A DNA stretch of 64,000 nt from Candidatus Latescibacterota bacterium (lineage in GTDB: Bacteria; Latescibacterota; UBA2968; UBA8231): NCBI GenBank assembly GCA_965203355.1, contig OZ241889.1, positions 256,001-320,000 of the forward strand. Direction: 5' to 3'. The first letter of the stretch is position 1, and the number at the start of each line of letters is the position of its first letter. The position numbers and the translations under genes were made by a program. Shown here one piece after another: positions 37,801-45,502 of this stretch. The notes beneath the pieces are model-generated. The model was given only the letters and a program-made list of their open reading frames with translations. It was not told the DNA's origin and ran no database searches.

Positions 37801-40496
37801 CGGGTGGCCGCCGCTCCGCTAGTCGGCGGCACAATCGTAAAGCGGACCCGCTCCGCCGCCGGAGCCGCCTCCGACAGAGTCGCCGTAACTCGGATTTCAG
37901 CGGTCTCGCCGTTTTCGCGCACCGCCGATTGCGAAGCTATCACGCTCGCGATGCCGACCGTCACCGGCGCGGCTTCACCCACCGTGATGGTGAAGGTCTT
38001 TGCGCCGCTGTCGCCATCGCTATCGAGCGCCGTATAGACGACCGAGGCCATGCCCGCCAGCGTCGGCGTCCCGGAAATCGTCCGCGTTCCCGCGTCGAAC
38101 GACAGACCCAGCGGCAAGGTCGACGAAACGCTGTACGAGAGCGTTCCTTGGCCGCCCGTGGCCGCGGGCAAAACCTCGCTGAACGCTTGGCCAACCGTCG
38201 CTTCAAAGGCTAACGCCCCAGCACCAAAGTTCGGTCGGCCCGTGTCCGCGGTCGTATCCGAAGAACCAGAATCGTCCATCTTCGCCGCGTCTTTCAGCGT
38301 GATCGTCACGGAGCCGACCGTGATCTTGTCGTCGTCTTGATTCTTGAGATTGTCCGTGAGCTGCTTGATCGTGATCGTCTTGTCGTTGGCGGGTTTGCCA
38401 TCGTTGATCGGCGTGATCGTGATCGTCGTCGAGCCGGTGATCTCGCCGCGCGGAATCGTCAGCGAGCCAAGCACCGCCGTGTATTCTATATCCCGCGTCG
38501 CCTTCTTGTCCGGCGTCCGATCTACGACCAGCGTGATCGTCGCCGCCGCGTCCAGCACCTTGCCGTCCAACGTGCCGGTCACCGTCACCGTCGTCGCCCC
38601 GGCGTCCTTTTTGATTTCGCTCGGATTGACCGACAGCGTGATGTCATCGCTCAGCGTCTCATCGTCCGTGATCTTGAACTCCACCGTATCCATCTGAGAC
38701 GCTTCGGTGCCGACCTTCGCTATCACCTCGAACGTCCGCGCCCCATTCTTAACGCTGTTGTCCACCGGCGTGACGCGCAGCGTCGCCGTGCCCTTCGTAT
38801 CACCCGCCGGAATCGTCAACCCCTCAGTCACCTCCACCTCGTAATGCACGTCGCGCGTCCCCGTGCTATTCGTAAGAATCTGAAAGTCCACCGCCTTCGC
38901 GCCGGTTAAGGCTTTCTTCAATTCAACGTTCATCGCAATGTCGGTCGCCCCGGCGGCCTCGCGGATCATCTTCGGACTCAGCGTAAAGTCCTTGATCTCC
39001 GCCACCGCAACGTCCTCAACCGTGATGGTGCCCCGGTTGACCTTAATATCAGGCAAGATAAAAGATTCCACGTACTTAATGGTGTCCCCAACACCGAACG
39101 TATCATCAAAGTCGCCATCGCCGTTAAGGTCGATACGGGCATGCCAGAGATATGAAGGTACGGCTCGAAAACCCACTTCACTTATCGCCGCTTCGGGCAC
39201 AAGGGTGTCCAAATAATCACCATCATGCTTGCGATCCTGACCGTCATTTCGACCTGAAAGGACGATACGCTGCTGAAGGTCGACCCCCAACTCGCTTTCT
39301 ACCAAGGCGGGGCTGCCCACAGGTATGGAGTCGACTCGATCCAAAGTTGCAAGATTTCCCAAAACGTAGGATATAGTACCTCCAAGGGAAAAATCACCAT
39401 CGCCGTTGAGGTCAAAGCAGATCCAGGCATCTCGCCTATTAACGCCATCACCGGTTTCGTTCGTTTCTTTGACACTTGATCTGGAACCGGCAGGTATGAC
39501 AAAATTATCGGAGTCCCACGTACCATCGCAGTTGATGTCTAGCCGGAGCTGCTTACCATTATACATCCGTTTCTTGACCTGCCCCTTCAGCAACGTATCC
39601 CTGGCCCCCACCACGATCTTGCCCGCCTTATTATTCGGATCGACGGTGAACGTCGTCGTCCCTTCGATCTTCCGCTTTGGAATGCTCAACTTCCCCAGCC
39701 CCCTAAGCGAGTAATCCACATCGCGCGTCAACGTATCGGCAGCACCGCTAACAACAACCAACTGGGTTTCAAGCTTTTTGCTCGTCAACGCGGGGCCATC
39801 CAACGTGCCTGTCACTTCAATTGAAGTCTCATCCGCCTGCTTGCTGAGCTTGGACGGCTTAAAAGAAAGGTCAATCTCCTGCGGATACTGATCGCCGTCA
39901 ATCAGCTCCACATACAGGTACTTCAAATTACTGCCGCTCTCCTTTACATATCTTTGCTGAGGACGATATGTTATGTCTGCATTACCCAGCGTAAAACGAA
40001 TAGGGACAAGAATATTAGGGAGTACACGCAGCAAATCTTGAGAAACCGCCTTTTCCGTTTCCGGCGTACTCCAGAGGTCGTTTCGATCAAGATCAACGGG
40101 CGCCGTCGGGCTGGCTGGGGTAGGTCCGATCCGATCGTTGGGAATCGGAGTTATGGTGATAGTCCCAGTCGCCTTTTTCTCCCCCGCCTTAATCACGAGA
40201 CTGGAGGGGAAGGATACTCTGAATAAGTCATTGAGATACTTTGCGGAGGCACTTGCTACGGGGACACCCATTGCAATCTGAATGTCTTCGTCCGCCGCCT
40301 CGTCGTCTTCCACGACGGCTTCGACCGTAATATCTTGCGCTCCACCGTCCTCGTGGACGAAAAGCGGGTCAAGGGTAACATGAACATTCTTCTTCTGCTG
40401 ACCCTTGGCCTCCCCGGCCCAGCCCAACACCAAAATGGCCGCCAGCAAACAAGGCACAAAAGCCAACCTCGACAGGAACAACTTCGCGTTTGTCAT
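34821..40496 (-). CDS. Large secreted multidomain surface protein: Ig/Calx-beta-like repeats, DxNGDG loops, He_PIG, FN3-like, dockerin-like, cohesin-like and CTD (1891 aa)
   Basis: Signal peptide ...EAKG|QQ; RDxxY repeats; DLNGDGDF twice; GYRIYR...YTYQVRA; FDDFFVLADxFG twice; VGEEFVVNV...GYGLQVAYDADQLTFV; CTD. Confidence 0.85.
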   Translation of the reverse strand: MTNAKLFLSRLAFVPCLLAAILVLGWAGEAKGQQKKNVHVTLDPLFVHEDGGAQDITVEAVVEDDEAADEDIQIAMGVPVASASAKYLNDLFRVSFPSSLVIKAGEKKATGTITITPIPNDRIGPTPASPTAPVDLDRNDLWSTPETEKAVSQDLLRVLPNILVPIRFTLGNADITYRPQQRYVKESGSNLKYLYVELIDGDQYPQEIDLSFKPSKLSKQADETSIEVTGTLDGPALTSKKLETQLVVVSGAADTLTRDVDYSLRGLGKLSIPKRKIEGTTTFTVDPNNKAGKIVVGARDTLLKGQVKKRMYNGKQLRLDINCDGTWDSDNFVIPAGSRSSVKETNETGDGVNRRDAWICFDLNGDGDFSLGGTISYVLGNLATLDRVDSIPVGSPALVESELGVDLQQRIVLSGRNDGQDRKHDGDYLDTLVPEAAISEVGFRAVPSYLWHARIDLNGDGDFDDTFGVGDTIKYVESFILPDIKVNRGTITVEDVAVAEIKDFTLSPKMIREAAGATDIAMNVELKKALTGAKAVDFQILTNSTGTRDVHYEVEVTEGLTIPAGDTKGTATLRVTPVDNSVKNGARTFEVIAKVGTEASQMDTVEFKITDDETLSDDITLSVNPSEIKKDAGATTVTVTGTLDGKVLDAAATITLVVDRTPDKKATRDIEYTAVLGSLTIPRGEITGSTTITITPINDGKPANDKTITIKQLTDNLKNQDDDKITVGSVTITLKDAAKMDDSGSSDTTADTGRPNFGAGALAFEATVGQAFSEVLPAATGGQGTLSYSVSSTLPLGLSFDAGTRTISGTPTLAGMASVVYTALDSDGDSGAKTFTITVGEAAPVTVGIASVIASQSAVRENGETAEIRVTATLSEAAPAAERVRFTIVPPTSGAAATRDVDYTATLAGTITIAAGEKAGWTTLFLSPIDNASADGHKHLGVRAAASGGWGQVDIRISDDETPSTSLVLSVRPSALSESAELTEVMIMAALDGKPLAENATVSVSIDAASSAARDLDYSALFNPTITIAAGSIMGSTRLLIDPTADGMAEGDETIMLNAMLPGLTAGSATLVLTDTDSGMTDDNDGDEKMMIPLSFVEGTSIDAHAYTAGTAITPLVLPVALGGEGAITYSVSGLPAGLSFDAATRTISGTPEAEGSTEVTYTAMAGAESVSLTFTITINAMLDWGDLGSLFGGGGAGKANPADSHDNSMIQFTVGVPANLTLPAVSGGTPPLTYSVSGLPTGLSFDPATRTISGTPTTMGETVATYTVMDASGASQSLPLSMAVVEPPLSAPTNLVAEDYKGADGQGDQGGFVMLSWELSADHKSLDGYRIFRALPVLENEMVPWARVDAVPGVAMGRAIVATLDNVSTRWGIAAEKDGRTTHEMAKAVFVEAGDLTAPYAQMAATLQASRAAAQEGPVLASLLPEALAYARGVAPKLNVVSSVLSSSITWTAEAVRATDDIAPLAVSALQVLDAPDDQGGRIALTWTLSPSDQVLQGVVAGALGPAPVEPVVGVHGYRIYRRAVGDETFSVVAEVEAGVASFVDETAQHGVHYTYQVRAFDLDNETGSVEHTALAVRNRVTDSQGQALLGLFGADARIGFDDFFVLADRFGLTAGDAGFDPAFDLAPNGTIDFDDFFVLADHFGRSVAAAGKPVPLRTGLNGDARLYLDAPAALPSVGEEFVVNVRLADFVAVKGYGLQVAYDADQLTFVEARTDQPLGGSAFATPQVLADQAGVLTVAAHGDVVSDGELILRLVFRPTTEIEHTTLEITDSQTYDRALGFNRLALPAPISVQTRPAVFSLAANYPNPFNPQTTIQYALPQAADVGLTVYNVLGQPIRTLVAEHQSAGRYAVEWDATNDSGQSVSSGMYFYRLQAGGDFLDIKKMLLLK

Positions 40497-40608
40497 TACT
40501 TAACTCCTTGGGGAAGCACCCCCAGTGATGAAAGTGAAAGTGAGAAAAAGAACGAATGAAAGATCGGATTTACCACAATAGGTACTCCGTAATCGTCGTG
40601 ATTGAAGG

Positions 40609-41250
40609 CTACTTGAGCAGCAGCATCTTCTTGATGTCGAGGAAATCGCCGCCCGCTTGCAAGCGGTAGAAGTACATCCCGGACGACACACTGTGGCCGC
40701 TGTCATTGGTCGCGTCCCACTCCACCGCGTAGCGACCCGCCGCCTGATGCTCGGCCACCAACGTCCGCACTGGCTGGCCGACCACGTTATACACCGTCAG
40801 CATCACATCCGCCGCCTGCGGCAACGCATACTGAATCGTCGTCTGCGGGTTAAACGGGTTCGGATAGTTGTCCGCCAGCGAGAACACGACCGGCTGCGGC
40901 GGCAGAACCACCGACACCGTAAAAGGCACCGACCGACTCGCGCCGTTGGCGTCCGTAACCGTGTACACGACCTCCGACAGACCAACCGCCATCGGCATAC
41001 CCGAAATCGTCCGTATGTCCGCGTCAAAAGACAGCCCCTCCGGCAAACCCGAGACGCTATACGTCAACGGCGGGGTACCCCCATTGGCCACCGGCAACAC
41101 GAGGGCGGCGAGGGGATCACCCACCACCACCTCGCGCACCCGGCTATTTTCGCCGTCGCGCTCAGTCGCCAAGGCGGCGTGAGCACCGGGAAAGAGGAAA
41201 CTCGCCCCAAAAAGGGCCAGCAAGGTAACGATCGAAAACTTTTGCTTCAT
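40609..41250 (-). CDS. Small secreted protein: signal peptide, one He_PIG domain and CTD (213 aa)
   Basis: MKQKFSIVTLLALFG...AHA; GGTPPLTYSVSGLPEGLSFD; CTD nearly identical to that of 34821-40496; RBS GAAGGA. Confidence 0.85.
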   Translation of the reverse strand: MKQKFSIVTLLALFGASFLFPGAHAALATERDGENSRVREVVVGDPLAALVLPVANGGTPPLTYSVSGLPEGLSFDADIRTISGMPMAVGLSEVVYTVTDANGASRSVPFTVSVVLPPQPVVFSLADNYPNPFNPQTTIQYALPQAADVMLTVYNVVGQPVRTLVAEHQAAGRYAVEWDATNDSGHSVSSGMYFYRLQAGGDFLDIKKMLLLK

Positions 41251-41406
41251 AATTCCTTCTCTCTAGCCTTAACTGCTAAAATTTAGCGGACACTTGCTCG
41301 CCGAGGAGCAAATTGACTATTTAAAATAAAGCACACCGCAATCATATAAGCAAATACATTTTTCGGAAGTGGGTAGTGGTGCGTTTTGAAATCTAGATCT
41401 ATCACC

Positions 41407-41419
41407 GGGGGGGGGGGGG
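41407..41419. repeat. G13 homopolymer tract in a divergent promoter region
   Basis: Thirteen consecutive G within an otherwise AT-rich intergenic region. Confidence 0.85.
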
Positions 41420-41476
41420 TAAATCATTGTTTTTTTAACGACTTACGGCAATAAAGATTTGCAGTCTGGCGACCGC

Positions 41477-42322
41477 ATGATCATCGATATCCACAGCCAC
41501 GCTTGGCAATACCCCGAGCACTTCACCGACCCATTTCGCCAACAAGCGGCCCAAGTGGCCAAACCCGACGAATCCCTCGACCTAACCGTGAACTATGCCG
41601 CCTATCGGGCGGGAGCGCAAAACTGCGACAAAACCATCGTTTTCGGCGGCAAGGCCCGGCGCGCTGGCCTGTGGGTAGAAGACCGCTATGTCGCCGATTA
41701 TGTCGCCGCTCACCCAGAGGCACTAATCGGCTTCCTCTCGCTCGACCCGACCCAAGACGGCTGGGAGCAAGAAATGGCTTACGGGCACCAACAGCTCGGC
41801 CTCAAAGGCATCAAGCTACTCTCCATGTACGCCGGCTTCTATCCACACGACCAACGCCTCGACCCGCTGTGGCACTACGCGGCCGAGCACGGCCTACCCG
41901 TGCTACTACACACCGGCACCACTTTCGTCGCCCAAGCCCCGCTTGACTGCACCTTGCCGCGCCATCTCGATCCGGTAGCCATTCGCTTCCCGGAGGTCAA
42001 AATCATCATGGCCCACCTAGCGCATCCCTACGAAGGCGAGTGCGTAGCCGTCATTCGCAAACATCCCAACGTGTACGCCGATGTCAGTGCCCTCCACTAT
42101 CGGCCGTTCCAGCTCTACCACAGCTTGATGCTGGTGCAAGAATACGGAGTCTGGCACAAGTTGCTCTTTGGCAGCGACTATCCCTTTACCACTATGGACG
42201 CCTCGATTGAGGGCCTGTACGGATTGAACAAGATGCTTGATGGCACGGCACTACCGCGCTTGAACGAGCGCGAAATCCACGCCTTAATTCACCGCGACAG
42301 CCTCGGCATCTTGGGGCTTTAA
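41477..42322 (+). CDS. Amidohydrolase_2 family metal-dependent hydrolase
   Basis: IIDIHSH, LKGIKL, PVLLHTG, IMAHLA, NVYADVS and LFGSDYPF. Confidence 0.92.
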   Translation: MIIDIHSHAWQYPEHFTDPFRQQAAQVAKPDESLDLTVNYAAYRAGAQNCDKTIVFGGKARRAGLWVEDRYVADYVAAHPEALIGFLSLDPTQDGWEQEMAYGHQQLGLKGIKLLSMYAGFYPHDQRLDPLWHYAAEHGLPVLLHTGTTFVAQAPLDCTLPRHLDPVAIRFPEVKIIMAHLAHPYEGECVAVIRKHPNVYADVSALHYRPFQLYHSLMLVQEYGVWHKLLFGSDYPFTTMDASIEGLYGLNKMLDGTALPRLNEREIHALIHRDSLGILGL

Positions 42323-42374
42323 TCTGCCGCCCTCGCGCTGGCCGCTGGATTCAGCGGCTACCCCCGCAAGCAGG

Positions 42375-43949
42375 CTACTGCAGCAGCAATTCCACCGCTT
42401 CCTCGCGGTTTGACATCCTCGAGAATTGGCGCAAAACGTCGCGGCGATCTGGCTCGGACAACTTCAGTAGCTCCTCCCGAAAGAGCGCGACCGCATCCAA
42501 CCGACCGCTATCAGACGAGAACGCCCCGAGCAATCGCGCCGCACTTTGCTTCGTGAACCCGCCTTTGAAGTGCGGCGCGACCAGTTTGAGCGTCTCGCTC
42601 CGACCCGCATCATACGAGTTCATCCGCACCAAAGAGAGCAGCGCATCCGCGTCAATCCCATTCAGCTTGGGCAGCAACACCTCCAGCATCTCGTTCCGCC
42701 CCGAATCATACGAGTTCATTCGCACCAAAGAGAGCAGCGCATCCGCGTCTATCGCATCCAACTTGGGCAACAACGCCTCCAGCATCGCTTCTCGACCCGC
42801 ATCATACGAATTCATCCGCACCAAAGAGAGCAACGCATCTGCGTCAATCGCATCCAACTTGGGCAGCAACATCTCCAGCATCTCGTTCCGGCCCGTATCA
42901 TACGAGTTCATCCGCACCAAAGCCAGCAGCGCATCCGCGTCAATCGAGTTCAACTTGGGCAGCAATATCTCCAGCATCGCTTCCCGACCCGAATCAAAAC
43001 CCGCCATCTCCACTAACTCCACCGCGATCATCCCGTCAATCGCCTTCAGCTTGGGCAGCAACGCCTCCAGCATCGCTTCCCGACCCGAATCAAAACCCGC
43101 CGTCTCCACTAACTTCACCGCCAACGATCCAGCTATGCTGTCAATCACGGCGACGCCTTCCTCAACTACATCAATCCTACCGCTATCGAAGCCCTGCAAG
43201 CGCACGTGCCGCAGGAAGGTCTCGGCGTCCAACTCGTCAAGGGATGGGTAGATGGCGCCGATTAGAGCCGTGCGGCCCGAATCAAAACTCATGGACTCAA
43301 TTGCAATGTTGGCACGCTCGTCCTTTAGGTGGCCGCGGGGAATCAGAACCTCAATGCAGAGTTCTCGCCGTACCTCATCCCAAGGGATCTCGCGGAGCAT
43401 CGCCTCTAGGTCGCTCGTGGACCCGGAGTCCGATCGCGCTAGCAGAATATCGCTCAGCGCGACAATGGCCTCCGGTGTCTGCGTAACGGCTACGAGGCGA
43501 CCAAAACTTTGCGGACCGACATCGCTCAGCTTTTTGGCCCCGGCGAGGAGGAGGTCGTCAATGACGTGGGAGAATTCGCCTTCCCCTCGGCTATATACGA
43601 GTTCTCGACCCCCAATCACGGCCTTGAGGATCGACGTTATCGTAGTCTTGACCTCCGTTAGCCGCGGCGGAATAGCAACCGCTTCGGTCAGCAACACAAG
43701 ATGCTCACTGTCTATCGCTTCTACATCGCCGAGTGCCTTCAGCAGCGCGTCGTGGTGTGCATCCGTCTCGGGGAGTTGCACCGTATGGAGCAACGCCCGC
43801 GTTTCCTCAACGTCAGGGGTCGTAATGAGCATCGCCGGATCGGTAAAAACCTCCGCGAAATCCGGGCCGCTCCTCGCACTCGCGATCTCGACCCCATAGC
43901 CGAGAAGGAAGCAGGCGAGGCAGGTGAAAAAGGGAGAGGCGTGGTACAT
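42375..43949 (-). CDS. Secreted protein with about ten 32-aa helical repeats (DUF4476-like)
   Basis: Signal-like N-terminus; repeated xx[SG][FY]D[SAT]GRxxxLxxLLPKL...; 96-bp DNA period (GAATCAAAACCCGCC at 42991 and 43087). Confidence 0.8.
   Translation of the reverse strand: MYHASPFFTCLACFLLGYGVEIASARSGPDFAEVFTDPAMLITTPDVEETRALLHTVQLPETDAHHDALLKALGDVEAIDSEHLVLLTEAVAIPPRLTEVKTTITSILKAVIGGRELVYSRGEGEFSHVIDDLLLAGAKKLSDVGPQSFGRLVAVTQTPEAIVALSDILLARSDSGSTSDLEAMLREIPWDEVRRELCIEVLIPRGHLKDERANIAIESMSFDSGRTALIGAIYPSLDELDAETFLRHVRLQGFDSGRIDVVEEGVAVIDSIAGSLAVKLVETAGFDSGREAMLEALLPKLKAIDGMIAVELVEMAGFDSGREAMLEILLPKLNSIDADALLALVRMNSYDTGRNEMLEMLLPKLDAIDADALLSLVRMNSYDAGREAMLEALLPKLDAIDADALLSLVRMNSYDSGRNEMLEVLLPKLNGIDADALLSLVRMNSYDAGRSETLKLVAPHFKGGFTKQSAARLLGAFSSDSGRLDAVALFREELLKLSEPDRRDVLRQFSRMSNREEAVELLLQ
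42590..43110. repeat. 96-bp tandem coding repeats, most similar block (about 5.5 copies)
   Basis: Recurring CATACGAGTTCATCCGCACCAAAGAGAGCAGCGCATCCGCGTC and TTGGGCAGCAAC..CTCCAGCATC at 96-bp spacing. Confidence 0.85.
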
Positions 43950-43994
43950 GTGGATACCTCCGATTTTGAGATGTGAAACTTCGCCGCGACTCGT

Positions 43995-45488
43995 TCAGGG
44001 TAGCTGCGTACTGCCCATCAGATAGCGGTCCACTTCGCGGGCAGCACCCCGGCCTTCGTTGATCGCCCACACGACCAAGCTCTGACCGCGCCGCATGTCG
44101 CCAGCGGCAAAAACGCCCTCGACGCTGGTGGCGTACTGCTCGTGCTCAGCACGGGCGTTGGAGCGTTCATCGCGCTCGACCCCTAGCTGATCGAACATGG
44201 CGTCCTCTGGCCCGCGAAACCCCATCGCCAACAGCACCAAATCGGCCGGCCAGACCTTCTCAGTGCCCTCAATCGGCACGGGCGTAAAGCGACCGTTTTC
44301 ATCTCTATCCCACTCAATATTGACCGTATGTAGCTCTTTGACGCGGCCCTCGTCGTCGCCGACGAATCGCTGGGTCATAATCAGATACGTGCGCGGATCG
44401 TCGCCGAAGCGGGCTTTGGCCTCCTCCTGACCGTAGTCGAGCTTATAGACATTGGGCCACTGGGGCCAAGGATTGTCGGGCGCACGCTCGTCTGGCGGTC
44501 GCGGCATGATCTCGAATTGCGCCAGCGTCTTGCAACCGTGGCGCATCGACGTGCCAACGCAGTCGGTGCCGGTATCGCCGCCGCCGATGACGATCACGTG
44601 CTTGTCCTGGGCCGAAATGTAGTGGCCGTCCGCATGATTGGAATCGAGCAGGCTCTTGGTGTTGGCGCGCAAAAAGTCCATCGCAAAGTAGATGCCCTGC
44701 ATATTCCGCCCCTCAATCGGCAAATCGTTGGGCTTGGTGGCCCCACCGCAGAGCACGAGCGCGTCGTTTTCTGCCACGAGTTGCGTCGCCGGAAGATCCA
44801 CGCCGATCTCCGTGCGGGTGACAAACTGGACGCCCTCGGCCTCCATCAGGTCAATCCGGCGCTGCACCACCTTTTTCTTGTCGAGCTTCATGTTGGGAAT
44901 CCCATACATCAATAGGCCGCCGATGCGATCCGCTCGCTCGTACACAGTCACCCAGTGGCCGGCGCGATTGAGCTGGGCGGCACAGGCCAAGCCCGCAGGG
45001 CCAGAGCCGACGACGGCGACCTTCTTGCCGGTGCGCTTGTCGGGCGGCTCGGGCACAATCCAACCCATCTCAAATCCCTTATCGACAATCGCACACTCGA
45101 CGCTCTTGATCGTCACCGGCGGAGCGTTGATTCCCACCACGCAGGCCCCCTCGCAGGGTGCCGGGCAGACCCGGCCAGTAAACTCGGGGAAATTGTTGGT
45201 CTTGTGCAATCGCTCCAACGCTTCCTGCCACAACCCGCGATAGACTAAGTCGTTCCATTCGGGGATTAGGTTGTTGATCGGGCAACCAGAGCCTTTGTCG
45301 CCCGGACTGACGATGTCGCCCAAATGGCAGAAGGGAATGCCGCAATCCATGCAGCGCGCACCCTGATCGCGCAGGCGATCGTCGGGGAAATGCTCGTGGA
45401 ACTCGTCCCAGTCCACGACGCGCTCTAACGGGTCGCGGTCTTGTGGTAACTCGCGTGCAAATTCGATGAATCCAGTGGGTTTACCCAT
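43995..45488 (-). CDS. gltD: Glutamate synthase small subunit
   Basis: [49 protein letters not shown] and [11 protein letters not shown]. Confidence 0.97.
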   Translation of the reverse strand: MGKPTGFIEFARELPQDRDPLERVVDWDEFHEHFPDDRLRDQGARCMDCGIPFCHLGDIVSPGDKGSGCPINNLIPEWNDLVYRGLWQEALERLHKTNNFPEFTGRVCPAPCEGACVVGINAPPVTIKSVECAIVDKGFEMGWIVPEPPDKRTGKKVAVVGSGPAGLACAAQLNRAGHWVTVYERADRIGGLLMYGIPNMKLDKKKVVQRRIDLMEAEGVQFVTRTEIGVDLPATQLVAENDALVLCGGATKPNDLPIEGRNMQGIYFAMDFLRANTKSLLDSNHADGHYISAQDKHVIVIGGGDTGTDCVGTSMRHGCKTLAQFEIMPRPPDERAPDNPWPQWPNVYKLDYGQEEAKARFGDDPRTYLIMTQRFVGDDEGRVKELHTVNIEWDRDENGRFTPVPIEGTEKVWPADLVLLAMGFRGPEDAMFDQLGVERDERSNARAEHEQYATSVEGVFAAGDMRRGQSLVVWAINEGRGAAREVDRYLMGSTQLP

Positions 45489-45502
45489 TGATTTCTTTCC
45501 TA

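Noticed and set aside
27725-41250. Diversity-generating retroelement acting on the repeated 3' ends
   Set aside because: There is no reverse transcriptase. All copies are coding, the differences are not visibly adenine-specific, and the repeated part is the conserved part.
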